Shown: positions 1-9,950 of the stretch, piece by piece
How the letters are laid out: the number at the start of each line of letters is the position of its first letter
Position numbering within the stretch: the first letter of the stretch is position 1
Source: Candidatus Woesearchaeota archaeon
GTDB lineage: Archaea > Nanobdellota > Nanobdellia > Pacearchaeales > UBA284
Reading direction: 5' to 3'
Assembly (NCBI GenBank): GCA_964493265.1
Contig: CAZBLY010000001.1
Location: 28,119 to 92,118, forward strand
DNA: 64,000 nt
Made by a program: the position numbers and the translations under genes
Notes under the pieces: model-generated
What the model saw: the letters and a program-made list of their open reading frames with translations, nothing else
What the model was told of the DNA's origin: nothing
Database searches by the model: none

Positions 1-1902
1 CTTCAATGCAGGAGCATCATTAATACCATCGCCAGTAACAGCAACAATCTCCCCTTGTTCTTTAAGGATATTAATTATTCTTAATTTTTGTTCAGGGGTT
101 GTTCTTGCAAAAACCACAATATCTTTTATTTGTTTTTTAAGTTCATCATCACCCATATTATCTAGCTGAGAGCCAGTAATAGCCCTTCCATTAATATCTA
201 TCTGGCTAGCAACAGCTTTAGCAGTCAGAATAGAATCTCCTGTAATCATCTTAATTTTGATTCCTGCTTTCTTAGCTTGTCCAATCGCTCCTTTTACTTC
301 TTTTCTTGGGGCATCTAACATCCCTTGAAAACCAACAAAAATAAGGTCTGATTCAGCATCTTTTTGTATATATGATTTCTTTTTATCAAGTTTTTTATAA
401 GCAAAAGCTAAAACACGCAATCCTTGAGAAGCCATTTCTTCATAAACACTAATAAGTTCTTTTCTTCTACTATTTATTAATCTTAAATCAGAATTTCCAA
501 TAAACTCTCTGGTACATTTTCCAAGAACAACATCTGGAGCGCCTTTTACATAACTAATAAAATTAGAATTTCCAGAACCTCCAGAATCTCTAATTATTGA
601 CATCATTTTTCTTGTAGAAGTAAATGCAAATTCCTCTATTCTTTGATTTTGTTCGGTCAGGGTTTTTTTATCAAATCCAAAATCAGAGGAAATTTTAAGA
701 ATAGCCTCCTCTGTTGGATCGCCAATAATATTTTCTTTCTCATTTATTTTTTCAATCCGGGCATTATTACATAAACAATTAATTTTAAAAAGAAGTCTTA
801 ATGCTTTATTTTTAATTTTTCCTTTAATTAAATTTTTAGTTTTGATTACTTTATTATCAAAATATAAATCAGTTACTTTCATTTTTTCTTCTGTTATTGT
901 TCCTGTCTTATCTGTACATATCACTGTAACTCTGCCAAGCGTTTCAGCTGATGGAAGAGTTCTTATCAAACTATTAGATTTATACATTCTTTGAACAGCA
1001 AAGGCTAAACATATTGTAATAACAGCAGGCAAACCCTCAGGAACTGCAGCAACTGCTAAACTAATTGAAGTTAAGAAAATTTGAAGTTTATCCATTCCAA
1101 AAGATAAACCAAGAATAATAATAAGAACAGCTATGCCAATTACAACAAAACTAAGATTTCGGGCAAAACTATCTAATTTAACCTGAAGTGGCGTTTTTTC
1201 TGTTCTTGTTTTTTGTACTAATCCGGCTATTTTTCCAAATTCACTATTCATTCCTGTTGCAACAACCAAAGCCCTGGCAGAACCTCTAACAACAGAAGTT
1301 CCTTTATATAACATATTAGCTCTGCCATAAATTTCTATTCCTCTATTTAAAATACTAGAATTTTTATTTACAGGAACACTCTCTCCAGTCAACACAGCTT
1401 CATTTGTTTGTAAATCATTGGTTTGAATAATACGGCAATCCGCAACAACCTTATCACCTTCATCAATAATAAGAATATCGCCAGGAACAACCTCTTTAGT
1501 ATTAATTTCTTTAAGAATACCAGAACGGATTACTTTAGTTTTAGTAACAAGCATTTTCCGTAAAGCAAGAATACTCCTTTCAGCCTTATAATTTTGAAAA
1601 AAACCTATTCCCGCATTCATTATTACAATTATAAGAATAATATACATATCAATCCAATGAGAAACTAATCCAGAAATTATTGCAGCAATAATAAGCAAGA
1701 TAACAAAAAAAGACTTGAACTGTTCAAATAAAATTTTCAGCGGTTCAAGACGGCGAATTCTTTTTATCTCGTTTTTACCATATTTTTTTAATCTTTCAAA
1801 AACTTGTTCATCATCCAAACCATTTACATCACTTTTCAATCTTTTGACAGCTTCTGTAGAACTTAAAGTATGCCAATAAATACTATCAACCCCTTTTTCC
1901 AT
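1..1902 (-). CDS. P-type cation-transporting ATPase, N-terminal ~634 aa; C-terminus lies off the window edge
   Basis: Reverse-strand translation from the ATG at 1900-1902 gives MEKGVDSIYWHTLS... with TM segments, the ICTDKTGT(I)T phosphorylation motif region, and the GDGINDAPALK hinge motif at nt 1-36. The ORF runs off the window start, which is why it is absent from the ORF track. Confidence 0.85.
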   Translation of the reverse strand, partial: MEKGVDSIYWHTLSSTEAVKRLKSDVNGLDDEQVFERLKKYGKNEIKRIRRLEPLKILFEQFKSFFVILLIIAAIISGLVSHWIDMYIILIIVIMNAGIGFFQNYKAERSILALRKMLVTKTKVIRSGILKEINTKEVVPGDILIIDEGDKVVADCRIIQTNDLQTNEAVLTGESVPVNKNSSILNRGIEIYGRANMLYKGTSVVRGSARALVVATGMNSEFGKIAGLVQKTRTEKTPLQVKLDSFARNLSFVVIGIAVLIIILGLSFGMDKLQIFLTSISLAVAAVPEGLPAVITICLAFAVQRMYKSNSLIRTLPSAETLGRVTVICTDKTGTITEEKMKVTDLYFDNKVIKTKNLIKGKIKNKALRLLFKINCLCNNARIEKINEKENIIGDPTEEAILKISSDFGFDKKTLTEQNQRIEEFAFTSTRKMMSIIRDSGGSGNSNFISYVKGAPDVVLGKCTREFIGNSDLRLINSRRKELISVYEEMASQGLRVLAFAYKKLDKKKSYIQKDAESDLIFVGFQGMLDAPRKEVKGAIGQAKKAGIKIKMITGDSILTAKAVASQIDINGRAITGSQLDNMGDDELKKQIKDIVVFARTTPEQKLRIINILKEQGEIVAVTGDGINDAPALK

Positions 1903-2008
1903 AAAAAATATAAGAAAAAGGATATTAAAAATTTAACTCAATGCAAATATTTTTATATTAATTTTTCTCTTTACTTGTATAAAAAGAGGTAAAAAGTAAG
2001 AACAGAAG

Positions 2009-3760
2009 ATGGTTGATTTTACAGAATTTATTTTAGGTTTTTCTCAAGGAATAACTTCTTTAAGAAATGCTCTGACCCAAGTTCCAGAAACGCAATCTAT
2101 AATTCTAAGTATAGGAATTATAATTATTATTGCAGCTATTCTTGCTTTGGTTCTCAAATTAATGAAACAAGAAATGATACCAGCTTACATTCTCGCGGGT
2201 ATAATTATTGGCCCTCTTGTTTTAGGTCTTATTACTAATAGTATCCTGATTTCTGCTTTAGCTGAAATTGGTATTGCTTTTTTACTTTTTGTAGCCGGTA
2301 TGGAAATTTCTTTACATAAATTAAAAGAAACATCTGTTGGTTCTATAATTTCAGGAATCTTTCAAATTATAATTATTGGTATGGCCACATTTTTTATTAT
2401 GATAAATATTGGCTTTGCAACATTAGAAGCTTTTTACCTTGCATTTATTGTTTGTTTTAGTTCAACCATTCTTGTAATCAAACTTTTTGCCGACAAATAT
2501 GAAATTAATACATTACATTCAAGAATAGCAATAAGTATTCTCTTGATTCAGGATATTGTCGCCATAATTGTTCTTGCTGTTTTGTCAGGAAAAATTACAC
2601 AATTTTTTATTTATCTTGCTATTATTAAAATTGCTTTGTTGTTATTGATTGCATTCTTTCTGAATTTAACAATTATAAAACCACTTTTTACTTTTGCTTC
2701 TAGATCAACTGAACTTTTATTTATTATCTCTCTAGCTTTTGTTTTTTTATTTTCTGCTATTAGTTATTTCTTAGGTCTTTCTATTATTATTGGAGCATTT
2801 GTTGGAGGTCTTGCTCTTGCAAACATACATTACAAAACAGAAATTGTATCAAAAATCAGACCATTAAGAGACTTTTTTGCAATTATCTTTTTTGTCTCAC
2901 TAGGAATGTTGCTTACATCATTTAATATAATAAAATTAATTGTTCCATTCTTAATACTTTTAGGACTTGTTTTAATTGCTAAACCTTTTATAACTGCTTT
3001 TTTTATAAGATTGGCAGGTTATAAACCAAGAACGTGTGCCCTAACAGGTTTTAGTCTAGCCCAAATTTCTGAATTCTCATTAATTCTAGCTTTACAAGGG
3101 TTGATTTTAGGAGTTCTTGCTCAGGAAACTTTTAATCTTATTGTACTTATAGCTATAATCAGTATGGCCCTAACACCCTATCTTATTCGTGGAAGTACAA
3201 CAATCTATTCAAAATCTATTGGTCTAATCAAAATTATTGAAAAACTTCCAACAAACAAGGAAAAAACAAAATATAAATTCCAACAAAGAAAAACTATCCT
3301 CTTAGTTGGATGTCATAGAATGGGTACTGTCTTTATTAAAAAACTTCAAAAATATGGGCGCAGAATACTTGCTGTAGATTTTGATCCAGAAATAATTAAA
3401 GCTCTTGAAAGAAAAAATATTTCAGCAGTATATGGAGATATTTCAAACACAGAAATTTTCAATCACCTTCCTTTAGCAAAACTTAAAGTTATTATCTCAA
3501 CTATTCCAAAAAGAGAAGATAATCTTCTTATAATAAATTATTTTAAAAAACTACTTCCAAAAGTTTTTATTGTAGCAACAGCCCAAAGAATTGATGATGC
3601 TCTTGAAATGTATAAAGCAGGAGCAAATTATGTCATAACTCCTTTCATTGTAACTGCAGAACATGCTATTGAAAATATTCTTAAACTTAATAAATGGCAG
3701 TTTAAAAAACTAAAAAAAGAACAAATAAGATATCTCAAAGATTTAAGTAAGACTTTTTAA
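2009..3760 (+). CDS. Kef/CPA2-type monovalent cation:proton antiporter with C-terminal TrkA-N (RCK) NAD-binding domain
   Basis: About 380 aa of polytopic membrane domain, then a Rossmann-like LLVGCHRMGTVFIKKLQKYGRRILAVDFDPEII segment typical of TrkA-N/RCK. Confidence 0.7.
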   Translation: MVDFTEFILGFSQGITSLRNALTQVPETQSIILSIGIIIIIAAILALVLKLMKQEMIPAYILAGIIIGPLVLGLITNSILISALAEIGIAFLLFVAGMEISLHKLKETSVGSIISGIFQIIIIGMATFFIMINIGFATLEAFYLAFIVCFSSTILVIKLFADKYEINTLHSRIAISILLIQDIVAIIVLAVLSGKITQFFIYLAIIKIALLLLIAFFLNLTIIKPLFTFASRSTELLFIISLAFVFLFSAISYFLGLSIIIGAFVGGLALANIHYKTEIVSKIRPLRDFFAIIFFVSLGMLLTSFNIIKLIVPFLILLGLVLIAKPFITAFFIRLAGYKPRTCALTGFSLAQISEFSLILALQGLILGVLAQETFNLIVLIAIISMALTPYLIRGSTTIYSKSIGLIKIIEKLPTNKEKTKYKFQQRKTILLVGCHRMGTVFIKKLQKYGRRILAVDFDPEIIKALERKNISAVYGDISNTEIFNHLPLAKLKVIISTIPKREDNLLIINYFKKLLPKVFIVATAQRIDDALEMYKAGANYVITPFIVTAEHAIENILKLNKWQFKKLKKEQIRYLKDLSKTF

Positions 3761-5064
3761 GTTTTTATTTTTTTTATTCCCATCTCTTTCAATTGATTCT
3801 TAGAAATTATCTTAATAAGTTGCTTAACACTAGATATCTTTCTTTTTGTTTTAACATAAAGTCTTCCTTTCTTTACAAAAGCCCTGTGCCATTTTTTCTT
3901 AAAAGCCTCAACATATTTTGGCTGGATATTAATAGGTGGTCCTGCAATAATATAAGTTTTTGCTGGTTCTCTTAAAATAAAATAAAATTTTGCTTCCAAG
4001 GTCTCCTCAGAAAAAACAAAAAATCCTTTAAGGACTTTAAATCCATTTTTCTTTAAAAAGAAGAATAGAAATTCATAAAGTTTCTTTAATTTAGCTCCTG
4101 CAATATCAATTTTATTTTTTGTGCTAAGAGCCTTAATAGATACAAATTCAGCATTAAGTTTCTTTGCATCTCTTTTTAGTTTATCCAAATTTAATTTTTC
4201 TTTAAAGAAAAATTTTTCACTTGGCTTCTTTAAGAAAGAATTGCATGCCCCAATAAATCTTTCAAAAATTTTATAACTCAATGCTGCCGCTACATTTCTT
4301 TCTTTTTGAACAGGATCAACAATAATAATAGGGGAATGTAATTTTGATTCATTAATTTTTTCTAGGACTTCATTTCTATTTTTGTAAAGTTTTGACGGAT
4401 CAATAACAATTTTTTTTTCTAATCTTGTTGGTAACTTCCAGTTTGCAGCTGTATTAATAAATTTAGCAAGAGAACCATAATGACTTACTAAAATTTCAAG
4501 ACTATATCCAGAAAATCCTTTAATATAACTTTCTGCACCATAACAATCCTGAGCATAACAAAAAGCTTTAGCTAATCTAATTTCATTGCTCAACTTTTTA
4601 TTCTTTTTTATCTTTTTTAAAATATAAATAACATGTAAAGGTGAAATATCTGTAATATTAAGGGCTTGAGAAGTTTTCTTAATATTCAAAATAGGAATTA
4701 ATTCTATATTTAAACCTTTAAAATTAATTTGAAAATAATCTCTAGAGCCTTTTAATTTAACAAATTTTAATTTAGCTGCTTTGAGAATCTGCTCAAGGAA
4801 TTTTGATAATTTTTTATTTTTTATTTTATATTTTGTATAAGAAAACATTATGAAAATATCTATATCATAACCTATATCCCGCTTTACAAGAGTTTTTTTT
4901 GCAAAACTTCCCCCAATAAAAAGTTTGGCTCCTTTTTTCTTTAGTTTAGGTTTTAATTTTTTTTCAAATTCAATAAGGGTTTTATCTAAGAAAAGTTTTT
5001 CTTTTTCTGCTGGAATAATTTTTTTACCTACATTTGTTAAAATTTGATTTATTTGGGTTTTCAT
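3757..5064 (-). CDS. cca: archaeal class I CCA-adding tRNA nucleotidyltransferase
   Basis: N-terminal nucleotidyltransferase signature KLFIGGSFAKKTLVKRDIGYDIDIFIMF (G[SG]x9-13DxD). Length of 435 aa and overall layout fit the archaeal CCA enzyme. Confidence 0.65.
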   Translation of the reverse strand: MKTQINQILTNVGKKIIPAEKEKLFLDKTLIEFEKKLKPKLKKKGAKLFIGGSFAKKTLVKRDIGYDIDIFIMFSYTKYKIKNKKLSKFLEQILKAAKLKFVKLKGSRDYFQINFKGLNIELIPILNIKKTSQALNITDISPLHVIYILKKIKKNKKLSNEIRLAKAFCYAQDCYGAESYIKGFSGYSLEILVSHYGSLAKFINTAANWKLPTRLEKKIVIDPSKLYKNRNEVLEKINESKLHSPIIIVDPVQKERNVAAALSYKIFERFIGACNSFLKKPSEKFFFKEKLNLDKLKRDAKKLNAEFVSIKALSTKNKIDIAGAKLKKLYEFLFFFLKKNGFKVLKGFFVFSEETLEAKFYFILREPAKTYIIAGPPINIQPKYVEAFKKKWHRAFVKKGRLYVKTKRKISSVKQLIKIISKNQLKEMGIKKIKT

Positions 5065-5115
5065 TTTAATCCTCTTTTCATCAATATAAAAAGAAAAAGT
5101 GACTTAAAAATTTAA

Positions 5116-6633
5116 TCATTTAATAATTATTGGTTTAATTCTTTCAGCAAGATTTTTTGCATTATTAAGTTTTCGCTGTGTTTCAGCATAAATAGTAAGG
5201 ATTTTTTCATTTCTTTTAACTTTATCATTCAAATGTTTATATAAAAGAATTCCAGCCCCATGATCTGTTGGAGAACCTGCAATTCTAGCTATTGAAGATA
5301 TTTTTTTATTACTTATTTCAACAAGTATGCCCGGGTTTTTTGCCCTGATTTCTTCTTTAAATTTACCTGGTTTTAATTTATCTTTTAAATTTAATAAGTT
5401 CCCTTTCTGGGCTTTAATTATTTGCTCAAATTTTTTAAATGCTTGGCCAGACATAAGAATTCCTTTACATATTATTTCTGCTTCTTGTCTTTTAATTTTT
5501 TTTACAAAAGAAAGAAGTTCAGATGCAAGAAAAAGAGATCTATTTTCAAGGTCTATAGGGCGATCTTTTTCTTGTTTTAATATATCTATAACATCTTTCA
5601 TCTCTAAAATTGTGCCAACACCTTTTCCAAGAGGCTGAGAACCGTCTGTTAAAGTAACTATAATATTCAAATTTAATTTTAATGCTACTTTTTCAAATTT
5701 TTTCTTTAATTTAATGGCATTATTTTTGTTTTTAATTTTAGCGCCAGGACCGTATGAAATATCTATAAGAACGTGGGTTGCATTAACAGAAAGTTTTTTT
5801 GACAAAATCGAAGCAATGAGCTGCGCTTCTGGGTCTAATGAAAGAATTCTTTCTACTTGTATAATTTTATCATCTGCCGGAGCCAACCCTAATGAACCTC
5901 CCCAGACAAGACAAGCATTTGTTTTTTTAATAATCTTTTTCATCTCTTGAACTGAAAATTCAACCTTAGTTATAGTTTCTATTACATCTGCTGTTCCTGC
6001 TGCGCTTGTTATTGCCCTAGATGATGTTTTTGGAATAACTGCTTTCATTTTAAGTTGATCAATAGCTGAAGCGAGAATACTTACAACAATTGGGGTGGTT
6101 CTATTTCCTTCAATTCCCCCTATACTATGTTTATCCATAACAATAGGTTTATCAAATTTAAGTTGATAACCAGTTTTAACCATTGCCTTAGTCATATTAG
6201 TTATTTCATCAATATTCATACCATTAAAATAAACAGAAGAAACAAAAAAAGCCACTTCAACTTCAGTAATTTCATTATTAACTATATCAGAAACAATTGA
6301 ATAAATTTCTGTAAATGTAAGAGCTTGATTTTTTAATTTTTTAAGGATGTAAGAAACACTTATTGGCTTAAAAGTTGGATTAATTTCCACTATTTCATTA
6401 CTTCTTAGATTTAGGTCTTTAATAATTTCTTGAGAAAGAGCTATTTCGCACTTATTAAGAATAGTCTTGCCACCTGTAAGATTTGTAGGGGCAATTATTT
6501 CCTTTTTTTTCCTATATCTTTTTATTTTAATTCGTTCTCCCACATGTAAATTAAGATAGTGAGCAGTTTCTTCATGCAAAATAGCTATAGGACGGCCCGC
6601 AAGCAAACGTAAAGCTTTAACTTTTAATAACAT
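5116..6633 (-). CDS. deoA: AMP phosphorylase / thymidine phosphorylase family protein (archaeal DeoA-like, ~500 aa with N-terminal extension)
   Basis: DKHSIGG(I)EGNRTTPIV matches the pyrimidine-nucleoside phosphorylase DKHSTGG motif. The 505 aa length and extra N-terminal domain are typical of archaeal AMP phosphorylase. Confidence 0.65.
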   Translation of the reverse strand: MLLKVKALRLLAGRPIAILHEETAHYLNLHVGERIKIKRYRKKKEIIAPTNLTGGKTILNKCEIALSQEIIKDLNLRSNEIVEINPTFKPISVSYILKKLKNQALTFTEIYSIVSDIVNNEITEVEVAFFVSSVYFNGMNIDEITNMTKAMVKTGYQLKFDKPIVMDKHSIGGIEGNRTTPIVVSILASAIDQLKMKAVIPKTSSRAITSAAGTADVIETITKVEFSVQEMKKIIKKTNACLVWGGSLGLAPADDKIIQVERILSLDPEAQLIASILSKKLSVNATHVLIDISYGPGAKIKNKNNAIKLKKKFEKVALKLNLNIIVTLTDGSQPLGKGVGTILEMKDVIDILKQEKDRPIDLENRSLFLASELLSFVKKIKRQEAEIICKGILMSGQAFKKFEQIIKAQKGNLLNLKDKLKPGKFKEEIRAKNPGILVEISNKKISSIARIAGSPTDHGAGILLYKHLNDKVKRNEKILTIYAETQRKLNNAKNLAERIKPIIIK

Positions 6634-6740
6634 CTTTAATTTTGATTTTTACCTCTTTTTATCTCAGTCTTTTTCTTATTTCTTACTTATTACTTCTATT
6701 TCTTATTTACTTTTAATCTCTATTTTTTCTTTTTTAAAAA

Positions 6741-7898
6741 TTAAAAAGCAAATTTTATTTTTCCTATCCTATAAAGTTCTACAAAAATTAATAGATATTC
6801 TAAAATAATTGGTCCAATAATTAAGCCAACAGGACCTAATAAAATAAGACCGCCCAACATCCCTATTAAAACAATCAGGGCATTAATTTTTGCTTTTTTA
6901 CCAACTACGAAAGGCCTTATAATATCATCAATAATTCCAACCACAATAAGACCAAAAATCATTAATAAAACACCATTTAAAACATCACCAGCAGCAATCA
7001 TAGCCAAAGCAACTGGAAACCAAACAAGCCATGAACCAACAAAAGGCAAAATTGAAAGAAGAATAGCTAAAATTGTAAAGAACAATGGTGATGGGGCTTT
7101 AAAAATATAGAAACCAATACCCGCAACAATACCTTGAAGAATCCCTATTATAATCTGGCCATAAATTGTAGCGTGGGCAACTTCTCTAGATCTTTTAATA
7201 AATTTTTCATTGACTTCGCGACTAAAAGGCAACATTTCATAAATAAATTTAGTAACATTATCTCCTTCTTTTAAAAAGTAAAACATGACAAAGAATGTAA
7301 TAAAAAATTGTATAAATAACTGTGGTACATTTGTCAAAATTTTTCCAAGTTGATTCATAAAACTATTTGTTAAAGATATTAGAGCTTGTTGTAATGAGGT
7401 TGTTATTTGTCTAGTAAGCTCAGGAGAATCAGGAAATACCCTAACCAAGATAGTATTTATAAGATTAAAAATATCAAGTTTTTGAATTGATACAAAAAGA
7501 TTAAATGCTTCCTTAATTGCAATTTGAGCTATTAAAAATAATCCAACCACAATAATTAAAATAACCACCAAACAAACAATTGCAGAACTTATTGTTGGTT
7601 TTTTAATCAATTTATTTAATTTTTTATAAGGTTTAGAAAATATAAAGGCAAGAATCAAACCAAAAAGCAATGCTCCTAAATAAGGTTTGATTATAAGAAA
7701 AGATAATATAACAAGAACAGAAGCTATAATTATTGCTATAACTCTCCTTGATATTCTTTTTTCACCAACACCCACGCTAGTAATTGTACTTTTTTTTAGA
7801 TTCTCTGTTTTCTTCTTTTTCTTTGTTTTTTTCATTTTTTTCTTAGTTTTTTCTTTTTTTCTCTTAGATTTCTTTCTAGTTTTCCTCTTTTTTAGCAT
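6741..7898 (-). CDS. AI-2E (PerM/UPF0118)-like polytopic membrane transporter with lysine-rich N-terminal tail
   Basis: About 8 predicted TM helices and G-rich C-terminal helices typical of the AI-2E family. The first ~35 residues are almost entirely K/R. Confidence 0.4.
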   Translation of the reverse strand: MLKKRKTRKKSKRKKEKTKKKMKKTKKKKKTENLKKSTITSVGVGEKRISRRVIAIIIASVLVILSFLIIKPYLGALLFGLILAFIFSKPYKKLNKLIKKPTISSAIVCLVVILIIVVGLFLIAQIAIKEAFNLFVSIQKLDIFNLINTILVRVFPDSPELTRQITTSLQQALISLTNSFMNQLGKILTNVPQLFIQFFITFFVMFYFLKEGDNVTKFIYEMLPFSREVNEKFIKRSREVAHATIYGQIIIGILQGIVAGIGFYIFKAPSPLFFTILAILLSILPFVGSWLVWFPVALAMIAAGDVLNGVLLMIFGLIVVGIIDDIIRPFVVGKKAKINALIVLIGMLGGLILLGPVGLIIGPIILEYLLIFVELYRIGKIKFAF

Positions 7899-8039
7899 AT
7901 AAATCTAAAGCCAAGAACTTTTATAAACTTTTTTAAATCAAAAACTCTTGAACCTAAATTTGTTATAAAAACTAATAAAATACAAAAATAATAAAAAAAG
8001 AAAAAATTGTACCCAATATTTAATTATACGTTTGTAAAA

Positions 8040-8249
8040 TTAAAATTTTCTTCTCTTTCTGAAGCATTCTTTACAATAAACTGGCTTGCCTTTAGTTGGT
8101 TTGAATGGAACTTCACATTCTTTACCGCATTCAGAGCAAGTTGCTTTATGCATTTCTTGTGGTCCAGAATTAGAATTATCCCGAAAACCACCTCTATTAA
8201 ATTTTCTAGGACCTCCTCTAGTAGGGCCGCGTTTATTAAATCTTTTCAT
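8040..8249 (-). CDS. small basic RGG-rich zinc-ribbon protein (CxxC-x15-CxxC)
   Basis: A 69-aa ORF with CSECGKECEVPFKPTKGKPVYCKECF in an otherwise non-coding gap. The overlapping + strand ORFs are low complexity. Confidence 0.4.
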   Translation of the reverse strand: MKRFNKRGPTRGGPRKFNRGGFRDNSNSGPQEMHKATCSECGKECEVPFKPTKGKPVYCKECFRKRRKF

Positions 8250-8432
8250 AGTTTTTCCTCGTGATTAACACAAAAACTTTTTAAGTTTATTCTGTGTTGT
8301 AAATTCAAAATATCATGAAGCTTATAAACCTTTTCTTTTTATTAAGATTTATAATTAAATTAAAGGTAAATTAAATATAATTTTTACAAGTCGGCGATAA
8401 AATTATATAGTTATTTATTCTTTTAAATAAAA

Positions 8433-9326
8433 ATGAGAAAACCAATAGTTGCTGGACAATTTTATGCAGCAACAAAAGAAAATTTAAAGAAAGAGATTGA
8501 ATCTTCTTTTAGACATAGATTAGGGCCAGACATGCCAAAAGTTCCATTAAAAGAAAAAAAGATTTTTGGCTGTGTTGTTCCACATGCTGGTTATCTTTAT
8601 AGCGGACCATGCGCATCTTGGGCATACAAAATTTTAGCAGAATTAAATAAAAAAAATTTTCCAGATACTTTCATTTTACTTGGACCAAACCATAGTGGTC
8701 AAGGAAATGCCTTATTTTCAATTAGTTTTGATGATTTTGAAACTCCATTAGGGGTAGTGAAAAATGATACAAAATTTGGAGCAAAATTAATTGAAGAGAC
8801 CTCTTTTTTAGGATTACAAGAAGACAGGGCAGCTCATCAAAATGAACATAGTCTTGAAGTTCAAATCCCTTTTTTACAATATCTTTCTAGAATGGTAAAA
8901 AAGGAAATAAAAATTGTTCCTATTATCATTTCAACTCTTGAATATGATAAATGTTTAGCTTTAGGGAAAAAAATTGCAAAAATTGCTAAAGAACTCAATA
9001 ATAATGTCTTTATAATAGCAAGTAGTGATTTCACCCATTATGGTAGAAATTATGGTTTCTTGCCTTTTCCAACAAGCGAGGCAAGAATAAGACTCAAAGA
9101 ATTAGACAGAGAATCAATTAATTATATTTTAAAACTAGATAGCAAGAATTTTTATAATAAAGCAATAAAAACAACTATTTGTGGAACTTCTGCAATAGTT
9201 ATAGCAATTGAAGCATGCAAAGTTCTTGGATCAACAAAAGCATCTCTCCTTAAATATTATACGAGTGCAGAGATTTCAAAAGACTACACAAATGCTGTTG
9301 GATATGCCAGCATTATATTTGAATAA
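8433..9326 (+). CDS. MEMO1-family protein (AmmeMemoRadiSam system protein B)
   Basis: N-terminal MRKPIVAGQFY and the VVPHAGYLYSGPCASWAYK His/Cys cluster are characteristic of the Memo (UPF0103) family. Confidence 0.7.
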   Translation: MRKPIVAGQFYAATKENLKKEIESSFRHRLGPDMPKVPLKEKKIFGCVVPHAGYLYSGPCASWAYKILAELNKKNFPDTFILLGPNHSGQGNALFSISFDDFETPLGVVKNDTKFGAKLIEETSFLGLQEDRAAHQNEHSLEVQIPFLQYLSRMVKKEIKIVPIIISTLEYDKCLALGKKIAKIAKELNNNVFIIASSDFTHYGRNYGFLPFPTSEARIRLKELDRESINYILKLDSKNFYNKAIKTTICGTSAIVIAIEACKVLGSTKASLLKYYTSAEISKDYTNAVGYASIIFE

Positions 9327-9349
9327 TTATATTAATATTGTCACTCATT

Positions 9350-9379
9350 CGTAGTCACAAACAGAAAGCTTTATAAATA
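9350..9379 (+). promoter_or_regulatory. promoter with upstream motif: CGTAGTCACAA-N9(purine-rich)-TTTATAAATA (TATA box)
   Basis: cgtagtcacaaacagaaagctttataaata lies 40 nt upstream of the 9419 ATG. The same 30-nt architecture occurs at 28496-28525. Confidence 0.4.
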
Positions 9380-9418
9380 CGGTTTCTATTAATTATATAT
9401 TAAAAGGAGACAATTAAA

Positions 9419-9856
9419 ATGATAAAAAATTTAATAGAAAATAAAGGGGCAAAAACTTTTGGTACTCTTAGTCTAATTGCTTTTTTACTTGGTTTAGGTT
9501 GCTCTCAAAGAGCAGATTTTGAAAAAGCTTGTAAAAAACATCAACCATTAAAAACAAAAGTACAAGCTCCTGCTATTCCTGGTCCTATAAGAGAAGGAGA
9601 TAGTTCTTATGTTGATCCTTATTTAGATAAAAGTTTTCCAGGAGACACTCTTGAATTTCCAAATGGCAAATATTTAGTTTTAGGAAAAGGAACACATCCA
9701 CACTATTGGTCTGGTGATAAAGTAATTGATGGCGGAAAAGTTGATGGAAAATATTATGATTCTAAAGGAAATTATATTGGACCAGTAAATGCTACTTTCT
9801 ATGGTGTTGATTTTAGTCAATCAGATATAGAAAGTTTAGCTAACAATTCAAAATAA
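9419..9856 (+). CDS. small secreted protein; N-terminus could be a lipobox (LLGLGC) or a class III (pilin-like) signal peptide
   Basis: MIKNLIENKGAKTFGTLSLIAFLLGLGCSQ has a charged stretch followed by a hydrophobic stretch. It is preceded by an SD-like aaaaggagac. Confidence 0.4.
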   Translation: MIKNLIENKGAKTFGTLSLIAFLLGLGCSQRADFEKACKKHQPLKTKVQAPAIPGPIREGDSSYVDPYLDKSFPGDTLEFPNGKYLVLGKGTHPHYWSGDKVIDGGKVDGKYYDSKGNYIGPVNATFYGVDFSQSDIESLANNSK

Positions 9857-9950
9857 ATTTTTTCTTTTTTCCTTATTTTCTTTTCATAGTAACCTTTTTT
9901 AATTGTTTTAAACTATTCATAATAATATCAAAATAAAAAACACCAAAAAA

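Noticed and set aside
5327-5950. Plus-strand ORFs 5327..5638 and 5714..5950
   Set aside because: They are antisense to the well-supported deoA-like gene and have low-complexity translations.
7687-7902. Plus-strand poly-Phe ORF 7687..7902
   Set aside because: It is the complement of the poly-lysine coding tract (AAA/AAG runs) at the N-terminus of the AI-2E-like gene.
8007-8268. Plus-strand ORFs 8007..8264 and 8086..8268
   Set aside because: They overlap the minus-strand Zn-ribbon ORF, which has a clean CxxC...CxxC architecture. The plus-strand translations are low complexity.
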